A stretch of 64,000 nucleotides of DNA from assembly GCA_905178155.1 (NCBI GenBank), contig CAJINV010000004.1:1000629-1064628 (forward strand). Reading direction: 5' to 3'. Shown here piece by piece: positions 11,616 through 21,844 of the stretch. The stretch is from Amoebophrya sp. A120. Taxonomy: Eukaryota; Protista; Dinoflagellata. The notes under the pieces are model-generated. The model was not told the origin of the DNA. It was given only the letters and a program-made list of their open reading frames with translations, and did no database searches. The number at the start of each line of letters is the position of its first letter. The first letter of the stretch is position 1. A program made the position numbers and the translations under genes.

Positions 11616-14600
11616 CTAACTTATCAATTTTTTTGCCAAAGCGAAGGTAGAGTCCAAGACACTCGAAATAGCACCCTGAACGACACCCCCGGCAGTGGTG
11701 CTAGTAGTGGAGTCTGTATTCTCGACGTGTGAAGCAGATATTGATGTCGTTCCCGCTTGCGAAGTGGGTTTTCTTCTACCTTTTAACTCGGAATCCCAAT
11801 TCTCGAACCACCCGCAATCGTCCTCGAAACCCGATTTTGTTACATTTCTGCATTGACCGCAGTAATTTTTTCTGTTCCGAGACGTTCTTGATGTTGACCT
11901 AGAAGTGCCACTGCCATTAGCATTATGCACACGAAAATATCGTACTGTTAGTAGAAGTCGCATCTTCGTTACTTCTTACAAATTTATTTCTGAAAAGAAA
12001 AAATGTAATTTGTCATGCATTTTTGGATATAGAGGACGGCAGAACTGTCATGCTGTGTCGCAATTATGAGTACGAGTACGATACTGTTGCACAGGATAAT
12101 CTTCGTCTGCGAGTGACGATTTCCATTTTCGAAATTTTCCCTTGCTAGAAGTCCTGCTTGCCGCACTACCAGGAGATCCTTGATCGTTGTCACGGTCGTA
12201 CTGAATATCGAACTCGTAGTTGTCGTTTGGATTGTCGATGTTGCTGCATTATCCACTGCAAAAGTTGTAGAGTCACACATACAACTAGTAAGAATATTGT
12301 GGCAAATTCGCGTTCCATTCGCTCTTCTTCGGCATCAAAAATTACAGAAATTATATGTAGTGCAAATGCTGCTTTTTTTAATAGTGTCATGCAAAAAGTA
12401 GAGAAATACTGCAGGAATTCATTTTACAAGTGCGAAAATATTACTTGTCTTGCATCGAGGATATGCATTCCTCAAAGCAGGTCTCGCAGCTCATGGCCGT
12501 GGAGAACTGCTCGCAGTTCTGCAGTTTGTGGTTCATGTAGCGGTTTATGTTGCGGATTCCACTGTCGCCCGTGCCCTTCACACCGTCTAACGTGGATCCG
12601 ACGTCCAGCAAGAGGTCTTTGCTTTTCAGCAAAGACTCGCTCTCCGTATACGCCTCGGCAGCGATTACCTTCACCCAGGGCCCTCCCGCGAGAAAGAAGG
12701 TCACCGTCTCCTGCGGGAATCGTGCACCTTGTGGGGATCGTGATCATCATTTTTTGTACGTTTTTTCTGCTATTTTTTCCGGCCGCATCGTGCACAAGAA
12801 CTCAAGTTGTTTTTCTTCTTTCTAGTGTGTCTCTATCAAACGATGCAGACACCAACACGAATTACTCGCTAGTGCACAATTATATGCAAATATAATAAGT
12901 AAATCGAAATCCACAAGTCAAGAAGAAAATAAAAACCGTCAGAACAAATGAAGGAGCATTGATCAAGTACTCTGTTCCTGCATCTGCTGTTTCACTCGTT
13001 GCTTGACCGCAAAGGAGCATATTTCCGTCTCGGACGGTTTTGGTGCCTCGATGAAGCCGACTTTGGTGGGCAGCCAGTGGCAGGAGAGCGCTCGGAGGTG
13101 CGGCGCCCCGACCAGGACCACTGGGCGGTTGGCGACCTGCAGCATGCTGCGCAGCGGGTCTTGTGGCTTGTCCAGGTTAAACAGGTGGTAAATCTCCGCG
13201 GACCACAGGCCCTGCCAGGGAATGGACCGAGATTTATCCTGTGCAAAAGTATCGTACAGTACTCGTATTGCAATCATGCATTACAAATTTTTTAGGAAAT
13301 CCGCATGCGGATTCTCATGCTGAAAATTTGTAGTGCATTTATACGAGTACGATACTTTTGCAATGCATAAGATTCGCCAGTCGACGAAAAGGAGAGTGCG
13401 GTCGCTCCCGTCTGCAGCGTCACGAGGCCTGCCGCGCCCTGTTCATCCTCGGCAGCTGCGCCCGGCATAACTATAGGCGCGGCCGTGCTGGAGGACGTGA
13501 GGGACGCGAGCAGTTCGCTAGTCCGCAGATCCAGAAAGTCGGAAACAATCTCGTCGGAGTACAAGTCCAGGCGGTCGCGAAACAGCTTCACCATTTCCTT
13601 ACTGAAGGTACTGTCGCGCGTGGCCTCAATCGAGGGGTCCGCGTGCGTCACCCAGGCTTCCCGGCAGAAGTGCCAGTTCGAAAAGGAGAAGTGCAGGTTG
13701 GGCAAATTTATGCGCGCGAGGTTGCTCACTTCGTCCTGCAGGCAGGACCCGCGGTTCAGATCCGTGTTTTGGAGGAACTCAGGCACCTGGCTCGCCGGGA
13801 AAAACATCGGCCACGGCTCATCCGGACCGATCAGGCGTGGCTTCAAAAGCCCCATTTCCGTATCCCCGTACCGGAACTGCGCAAAGCTGTTGGGCACCAC
13901 CCGCAGACTGTTGTCCATAAAGTTGTCAAAGTACTGCTGCAAAACCTGGAAGTACGTGGTCCCGGGCGTGGTCAGCTTCTCAAACTTGGGGGGCAACGGA
14001 CACCAGTTGTCGAACAGCCAGTTCGCGGGATTTTCTTCCGGATCTGGTTGATCGTGGGGGTACAGCTTTTGTTCGATATCCTTCAGCGCCGCTTCGTGCA
14101 GTTTCACGGTGAAAGGATTCGGGGGCTTGATTTGCTTTGCGATTCGATTCGGATTTTTCCGCATCGTAGCCGCACCAGTTTTCGCTGCCGCGTCTTCACT
14201 AGTAGCTTGTAATGATGATGTGGAATCTGTACTACCATTACTACCCTCTTCAGGCAAGAATTGTTCCTGAACGCTAGTACCTCTTCTACCACCTCCCCCG
14301 GAAGATGCCGATGCGTTTTCTTGGTCCGCCGCGAATTGGTTCGCTTCGACTGCGGCTCTGTCGTTGGAGGTGGCACTGTTGAAAACTACATTGCTTGTCG
14401 TTCTGGTCAGCGTCGTGATGAAGTTTGTGGCTTCAACGAAGTGAGAAAAGTTCGCCAGCAAAACAAAAAAGACCACGAAATAGCCGCGCGCGAGGAAGAA
14501 GAAATTGAAATGATGCAGCTGCCACCTCCGGAGAAGTTTGCTCCAAGTTTTGCTTTTTGAGACGTGCGCCTCCTTGTTTCTCGTCCACCTTTGTGATCCG

Positions 14601-16380
14601 ATCGACATCCAGGCCTGTGCTTGGAGGAATGCCAACACATCAAGCAGGCCGCGCATGCCCTTGTGATCTTCTTTGGCCTGCTGCTCAGTTTCTGCGAAAT
14701 AAGCCCTTGGCCGCCAGAAGTAGTAACTGACCGATCGAGAAGAAGACCTAGAAGATGTTGCTTCAGGAGTTGTACTTTCAACACTTCTTGTTGTAGCAGG
14801 TGCATTTTTGATACCACATCGAGGTCCACCTCGTAAGACACAAGACGTACTTCTTGCTTTATTTGGTGTTCCATTCCTGCGCCTTCTATTACATCGTATT
14901 TTCTTCTTTCCTTGATCATGCCGCTTCTTTTCAACATCCGACAGTGCTTTCACTGCACTTCTTGATGCAGCCACTTCTTCGTGCAGTTCCTGCGTTCGAA
15001 TACAGTTTCTTGTGTTGTCTTCTTCTACGACTTTGGTCGTCGTCGTCGTGCTCGCGTCGTGTAGTAGTTGTACCCGTGGCATGAAGTTGTAGATCTTCGC
15101 CCGGTCGCCGTGTTTTTTTCCTACGGTCTCGAGGCCCGGTCGCCGTGTTTTTTTCCTAGATCTTCGCCCGGTCGCCCTCGTCGTCGTGTATGAGGAGGAC
15201 AACGTACCCAAGAGGCAACTCACCCATGGGGGATCAAAAAAAAAGTTTCAATTAGTGCCGGACTGGCCGGCAAAATACCTATATAAAATAGTTAATTGCA
15301 ATAGCTAGGTGATTAAGTAGTTAGATAAGACGTTTTTTAGGGGTTGTAGGGTGCTAGATCGCCAAGTCCAGCTCCACGGATTCGCCTCGGAACCCTAGCA
15401 AAAAACCGAGGAAGCGCCCCATGGTGTGGCGTCTGTCTACTGCCCGCGCTTTCCATTGTGCGTGGCCTGTGGGAGATTTGGCGCAGCTAGCCGCATCCAG
15501 CGGATGGCTGACGACAAGCCGGCACGGTAGACACAAAAAGCCGCGCGCCCTGGTTATGAGAGAAGGCGGAGCAGCGTGCCATCGGCTGCCGAGGGGGGTT
15601 TCGCCAAAAAGCACCCGCAAGCCAAGTGCAACATGGCCCGCAGGCCGCGGCCTGCAGGGCCGCAGGCGAGAGGCGGGGGCGCGAGGGGGGGCCGCGGGAG
15701 GGGGTCCACACAGGGCCTCCCATAGGGCATATTTTTACCCCTAGCCCCGACGCTGTGGTCGTTTTGTCCCTTGCCAAAAAGGGGGCATCTCGGAGGGGCA
15801 TCGCGGACGGGGATCCCGGACTCTCGTGTTGTCCTTTGTGAGGTCAATCTGCCCAGGTAGGAACACAACGAAGCCGGGGCACTTTGGGTAGCCTCACAAA
15901 ATGGCTCCCAAGCTCGGCGGAAAGTGGCAGCAAGGCACAAACAAAACACAGAAAACGGCGGCAAGGTGCGACACGGCCGTCGCAACTACGTCGTCCTGCT
16001 GCCTTGCCACAGAAGGCTGGCCGCCGATCCTCTGCCCCCTGCGAACCTTCGTGCCCTATCTGCGCCAGGCCCTCGTGTGCAGTATCCCGGCGCCCCTGCG
16101 TGGAGACAACCGAGGCGAAGCCGTGGAGCTGGATATCGGCGATCTAGCACCCTACAACCCTTTGAAAGCGTCTACTTTACATAGCTAATTCACATAAGGC
16201 AAGCTAGTGTATTTTAACTAGCGAAATTACTTATGTTCAATTCGTTTACTGTGAAAAAAAAAAAAATTATCCCCTTGGGTGCGTTGCCTGTTGGGCACGT
16301 TGTCCTCCTCATATCGTGCTCGCGTCGTGTAGTAGTTGTACCCGTGGCATGAAGTTGTACATCCTTGCCCCCGCTTTCAT
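11616..16380 (-). CDS. Putative membrane-anchored GT-D-fold (DUF1792-like) glycosyltransferase, multi-exon
   Basis: Motifs FAQFRYGDTE, VVLVGAPHL, FFLAGGPWVKV and LLDVGSTLD resemble the GT-D family; hydrophobic segment GYFVVFFVLLANF. Frame traced through TIR elements 15189-16313, 13235-13369 and 11924-12098 and GT-AG introns 12728-12970 and 12244-12444. Start is at 16380 (MKAGARMYNF) or 15082 (MPRVQ). Confidence 0.65.
11924..12098. mobile_element. Degenerate introner-like element, family C (reverse orientation)
   Basis: tatgcacacgaaaatatcgtac ... gtacgatactgttgcacaggata; flanks agcat/atctt (3 of 5 match); removal gives SLADED|NGSGTS. Confidence 0.7.
13235..13369. mobile_element. Introner-like TIR element, family C
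   Basis: tatcctgtgcaaaagtatcg ... cgatacttttgcaatgcata; direct repeat agatt; removal gives TGES|RSIPW. Confidence 0.92.
15090..15177. repeat. Short local tandem duplications (gcccggtcgccgtgtttttttccta)
   Basis: Two full copies plus a partial copy visible directly. Confidence 0.8.
15189..16313. mobile_element. Long (1125 bp) TAT...ATA TIR element with GC-rich interior
   Basis: Outer TIR tatgaggaggacaacgtacccaagaggcaac / gttgcctgttgggcacgttgtcctcctcata; inner IR ~15328-15390 / ~16110-16173; direct repeat tcgtg; removal keeps the upstream frame (HDAST|TTRATG). Confidence 0.9.
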
Positions 16381-17286
16381 TTTTCACTCTTGTCAACAAG
16401 ACACGACTATTTGACTTCTAAAAAACATTTCCGATTTACTTTTGTCCGCCTCTAGAACTTCTCCTGGAACAAATGCCTGATGGATCACTCAGTAGCAGAG
16501 GCAGAGAAGTAACTAGGGTGAAGTTGGATGTGTGACAACAGTAAATCAGGAAAAAAAAAACTTCTATTTTCAATTTGACTCAATTATACAATTACTGCGT
16601 TGGAAGTGTACCGATTTGATGGTTGAGCAGTATTTTCGCCAAATCGCCACTCCTTCCGCAAGTACCAATTTTCTTTTTCTCAATTTGACTCTGTTTGCGA
16701 CGACATTTGACTTTGATTCTGATTTCATTGTGACAAAAAAGCCCGATGTTGATCATCGTTTTCACTTTTTTCTGAAGAACTTTTTTCTTACTTTTTGACA
16801 CGCTCTTAGGAGTTGAAACTTTCTCTTCAGCTTGGCAAGAAAATCTAAGTATTCAACCAGTGCGACGCTTTCAATATAAAAGTAAAAAAACAAAAAAAAT
16901 CCGCGCGAGCTCCCTTTTTTTCGTTTTTCAACCTGTTTTAATAGCCTTCTGATGGGTTGCAAGACCGAGGCGCGAACAAGCAGATTATCTCGATAAGACT
17001 TTCAAAAAATAAATAAAAAATCCCCGCTGTCGTTCTGTTTGATGCGAACTTCTGTCAATAACAATATCAACTGCGCTGAGTGCGTTGCCAATGACTAGGT
17101 TCATCATTTCATCGTGACTAAGGCGTGTTCATAGGCGAAGTGGCGAAGCATGTTGGGTAGAGAGGCTACTGATCAACTAGAAGACCACTCGTGACGATCA
17201 TCTGCAGATACATAAATACAGAGAGATTTTAATATTGTGTCGTGACAACAAAACTTAAACTTTGCGAGAAAAACCCATTGAACAAG

Positions 17287-17515
17287 ATGACTACTACATC
17301 AATCACCTCGGTCTCGCCCCCCATTCGCCGCACGGAGATGCCGTTTCTTCTGCCGAAGCCGACCCGGATTTTTCTCCTGGCGTTTTTCTGCTACGTGCAG
17401 CTGCTTTGCTCTATGGTGCTGAACGGGTTCTTCACAATCGTCAAGCAGGTTGCAGCGTTCTACGGGGTGTCCGTTCAGCTCGTGAATCTTATGGGGACGA
17501 TTGTGTATCTCTATC
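17287..17515 (+). pseudogene. Orphan N-terminal fragment of an MFS (FLVCR/SLC49-like) transporter
   Basis: RIFLLAFFCYVQLLCSMVLNGFFTIVKQVAAFYGVSVQLVNLMGTIVY resembles TM1-TM2 of FLVCR-type MFS; no continuation visible before the repeat array. Confidence 0.55.
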
Positions 17516-17629
17516 GACCGCAAACATGTCTTCAGTGTGGGAACAGACCATTGCACTGCTGCATAGACAGGGTGCGGATTTTAGAGTTTGTTCCATGTCG
17601 TGCATTCGCGCGGATTGTTTCTGTTCGAG

Positions 17630-20600
17630 ACGTGCTCGCGTCGTGTAGTAGTTGTACCCGTGGCATGAAGTTCCTGTAGATCCTCGTCCGGTCGTCGTTG
17701 TTTAGTATCCTTCCCCTCGACCTCCAGAAGGTCGTGGTGTCCTCGCCTACGTCGACGTTCTTGTACTGCGGCGGTTTACGTTCTTTGCTCTGGACGGAGG
17801 TGGAGGTCGTGTCACTTTTCATCATTATCATCCTCATTGTACAGAGGATCCGGAGTTATCCGGAGTCTTCAATCTGCTAGAGGTAGCTAGTGGTAATATT
17901 TTGTTGCAATTATGTTCAATAAACGTGGTCCTTGACAACCTGGTATTAAGTCAGAATGCTACCCGAGGACAGGTTCATCCCTACCGTACCTTGCTGATGC
18001 TGCCCCGGTCGTGCAGCCACAATGCTGAAGGTCTTCAACTCCAAACTGAAGAACTAAAGGACTAACACGACATGCAATACCAAAGCTAAAAAGCATGACC
18101 AACACCAAGGCGGGACCGTCGAACAGGAACAAGGACGGACTGGTAACCGCTCACGGTCAGAAAATCAGAGAAAAAAAACAGAACAAAAGCGCTCGTCTAC
18201 AACTCACTTGCCTCCTGTGTGTCCTCCCTCATGGCCCCGCTCACGGAAGGATGCAAATTTAATATAGTAGTTTTTGAGAGATGCAATCGGAATCTTTTGT
18301 AGTTTTGCCACTCGTCGTGGGGGTCCATGCGCATTCAGTCATGTTCATCGCCCCAACATCGCTATCACACACGATATCTGTTCTTCCATTTTGTTTCGTA
18401 GCCCTCCTAATGATATGGTTGTGGTCCTCCTCCTCTCCGTGAAACTTATAGTTCTTCAGCTTCGCAAACCTGCAGTTGCCGCGAAAAGATCAAAAACTAG
18501 CTTCCTGACAAGAAAAACAAAGAGGACGAAGTCTACTTCTTCCCGTTGATTCAACATCAGGAGCGGGCCGCGAGGCAATCCCGGAACATAAGAACGCCTG
18601 AGCTGAACAGACAGCTACAATCTGACCATGCGTCAACTGGACAAGGAAACAAGTGAATAATTTATGGCGCATCATCTTTATGATTGTAAAAAGGGGGGTC
18701 CTACGCCGAGGCTGTTACATTGTTGCACGGATGTCTGTGACTGCTCTACTTGTTAACTATAACATTAAAAGTAAAAAGCAAAAAGATGATGTTTCAAAAT
18801 GTATTGAGAAGCACAGGGGGGAAGGCATCGTCGAAAAAGTGGAAAGGCCATTGCTTAAGGTTAAGCTAGAAATAGAAAACGGAAATAAAATAAAAAGAAA
18901 AGAAGTACGTACAAGAGGAGTTCGCGGGAATGACAACGATCGTGTAGTAGTTGTACCCGTGGCATGAAGTTCCTGTAGATCCTCGTCCGGTCGTCGTTGT
19001 TTAGTATCCTTCCCCTCGACCTCCAGAAGGTCGTGGTGTCCTCGCCTACGTCGACGTTCTTGTACTGCGGCGGTTTACGTTCTTTGCTCTGGACGGAGGT
19101 GGAGGTCGTGTCACTTTTCATCATTATCATCCTCATTGTACAGAGGATCCGGAGTTATCCGGAGTCTTCAATCTGCTAGAGGTAGCTAGTGGTAATATTT
19201 TGTTGCAATTATGTTCAATAAACGTGGTCCTTGACAACCTGGTATTAAGTCAGAATGCTACCCGAGGACAGGTTCATCCCTACCGTACCTTGCTGATGCT
19301 GCCCCGGTCGTGCAGCCACAATGCTGAAGGTCTTCAACTCCAAACTGAAGAACTAAAGGACTAACACGACATGCAATACCAAAGCTAAAAAGCATGACCA
19401 ACACCAAGGCGGGACCGTCGAACAGGAACAAGGACGGACTGGTAACCGCTCACGGTCAGAAAATCAGAGAAAAAAAACAGAACAAAAGCGCTCGTCTACA
19501 ACTCACTTGCCTCCTGTGTGTCCTCCCTCATGGCCCCGCTCACGGAAGGATGCAAATTTAATATAGTAGTTTTTGAGAGATGCAATCGGAATCTTTTGTA
19601 GTTTTGCCACTCGTCGTGGGGGTCCATGCGCATTCAGTCATGTTCATCGCCCCAACATCGCTATCACACACGATATCTGTTCTTCCATTTTGTTTCGTAG
19701 CCCTCCTAATGATATGGTTGTGGTCCTCCTCCTCTCCGTGAAACTTATAGTTCTTCAGCTTCGCAAACCTGCAGTTGCCGCGAAAAGATCAAAAACTAGC
19801 TTCCTGACAAGAAAAACAAAGAGGACGAAGTCTACTTCTTCCCGTTGATTCAACATCAGGAGCGGGCCGCGAGGCAATCCCGGAACATAAGAACGCCTGA
19901 GCTGAACAGACAGCTACAATCTGACCATGCGTCAACTGGACAAGGAAACAAGTGAATAATTTATGGCGCATCATCTTTATGATTGTAAAAAGGGGGGTCC
20001 TACGCCGAGGCTGTTACATTGTTGCACGGATGTCTGTGACTGCTCTACTTGTTAACTATAACATTAAAAGTAAAAAGCAAAAAGATGATGTTTCAAAATG
20101 TATTGAGAAGCACAGGGGGGAAGGCATCGTCGAAAAAGTGGAAAGGCCATTGCTTAAGGTTAAGCAGCGTCGTGTAGTAGTTGTACCCGTGGCATGAAGT
20201 TGTACATCTTCGCCCGGTCGCCGTAGTTCATCCTTGCCCCCGGCCAGAAGGTCGTGTCCTCGCGGCCTATGTCGTTGTGCTGCGAGGGCCTACGTTCTTT
20301 GCTCTGGACGGACGAGGTGGAGGCAGTGTCAATTTTCATCATTATCATCTTCATGGTACAGATGATCCTGAGCTGTACCGGATTCAATCTGCTAGAGGTA
20401 GCTAGTGGTAATATTTTGTTGCAATTATGTTCAATAAACGTGGTCCTTAACAGCCTGGTATTAAGTCAGAATGCTGCCCGAGGACAGGTTCATCCCTACC
20501 GTTGTACCTTGCTGCCCTCGTCGTGCAGCTACAATGCTGAAGGTCTTCAACTCCAAACGGAAGAACCAAGTAAAGGCCTAACACGACATGATGCAATACC

Positions 20601-21446
20601 AAAGCTAAAAAGCATGACCAACACCAAGGCGGGACCGTCGAACAGGAACAAGGACGGACTGGCAGCCGCTCACGCTCAGAAAATCAAAAAAAAAAACTGA
20701 TAAAAAGCGCTCGTCCATACCTTGCTTCCTCCCTCATGGCCCCGCTCATGGAAGGATGTAAATCAATAAGTAGTTTTTGAGAGATGCAATCGGAATCTTT
20801 TGTAGTTTTGCCACTCGTCGTGGGGGTCCATGCGCATTCAGTCATGTTCATCGCCCCAACATCGCTATCACGCACGACATCCTGTTCTTTCGTTTTGTTT
20901 CTGTAGCCCTCCTACTGATGTGGTTGTGGTCCTCTCCGTGAAACTTATAGTTCTTCAGCTTCGCAAACCTGCAGTTGCCGCGAAAAGATCAAAAACTAGC
21001 TTCCTGACAAGAAAAACAAAGAGGACGAAGTCTACTTCTTCCCGTTGATTCAACATCAGGAGCGGGCCGCGAGGCAATCCCCGAACACGAGAACGCCTGA
21101 GCTGAGCAGACAGCTACAATCTGACCATGCGTCAACTGGACAAGGAAGTGAATAATTAATGGCGCATCATCTTTATGATTGTAAAAAGGGGGGTCCTACG
21201 CCGAGGCTGTTACATTGTTGCACGGATGTCTGTGACTGCTCTTGTTAACTTAACATTGAAAGAAAAGATATGCGTGTTGAAAGAAACAAATAAGTAGGTG
21301 CAACCGACGCCAAAGAAGCAAGAAGGTGAAGCACAGGTGGGAAGGCATCGTCGAAAAAGTAGAAAGGCCATTGCTTATGCTTAAGATAGAAAACGGAATA
21401 AGAAAAAAAATACGTACAAGAGGAGTTCGTTGGAATGACAACGATC
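17630..21446. repeat. Tandem array of three ~1.3-kb units
   Basis: Unit 1 (~17630-18939) and unit 2 (18940-20165) look identical at an offset of 1299; unit 3 (~20167-21446) is diverged. Each begins with tcgtgtagtagttgtacccgtggcatgaagtt. Confidence 0.95.
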
Positions 21447-21844
21447 CCCCGGGGTGGGGACTTACGTATAATGGCACTGGGGGCGACCCTGGAAGAAACA
21501 AAAAAAAATGAAGAAACGCAAAAATCGCGCAAACACGACTCACGCGACAGGGTACTTAACGCAAAGACAAGAGGGATTTAAAAAGCAGGCGAAAAATGGC
21601 TCAATGCCTTGCGGTCTGGAGGGCCTTTTGCAGGCGTTTCGCATCGCAGAAACAGAAACTAGAGCTTTAGCTTTACAGATACATACGTGGGCCGCAAGCA
21701 TGACATCAAGAAGTTGGATTTTTTCTATAGGACTAGCAGCGATCTGGAGGAAGATGTTGAAGATCTCCCCTTATTTATTACATTTTGATTTTTCCTCTTC
21801 TGTAGTTTTTTTCTCGCATCTTCAGGATCTTCTTCTCCGCCAAA

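Noticed and set aside
15189-16313. Tc1/mariner element with a TA target duplication
   Set aside because: The uninterrupted motif copy at ~15040 has no TA at that position; the duplicated sequence is tcgtg, so the TA belongs to the element.
15037-20210. Regularly spaced 45-bp repeat as a CRISPR-like array
   Set aside because: Spacers are ~1.3 kb and mostly homologous, there are no cas genes, and the context is eukaryotic.
21590-21610. Partial resemblance to the dinoflagellate spliced leader (aaaatggct / tggctcaa)
   Set aside because: Only 8-9 nt match; not a credible SL or relic.
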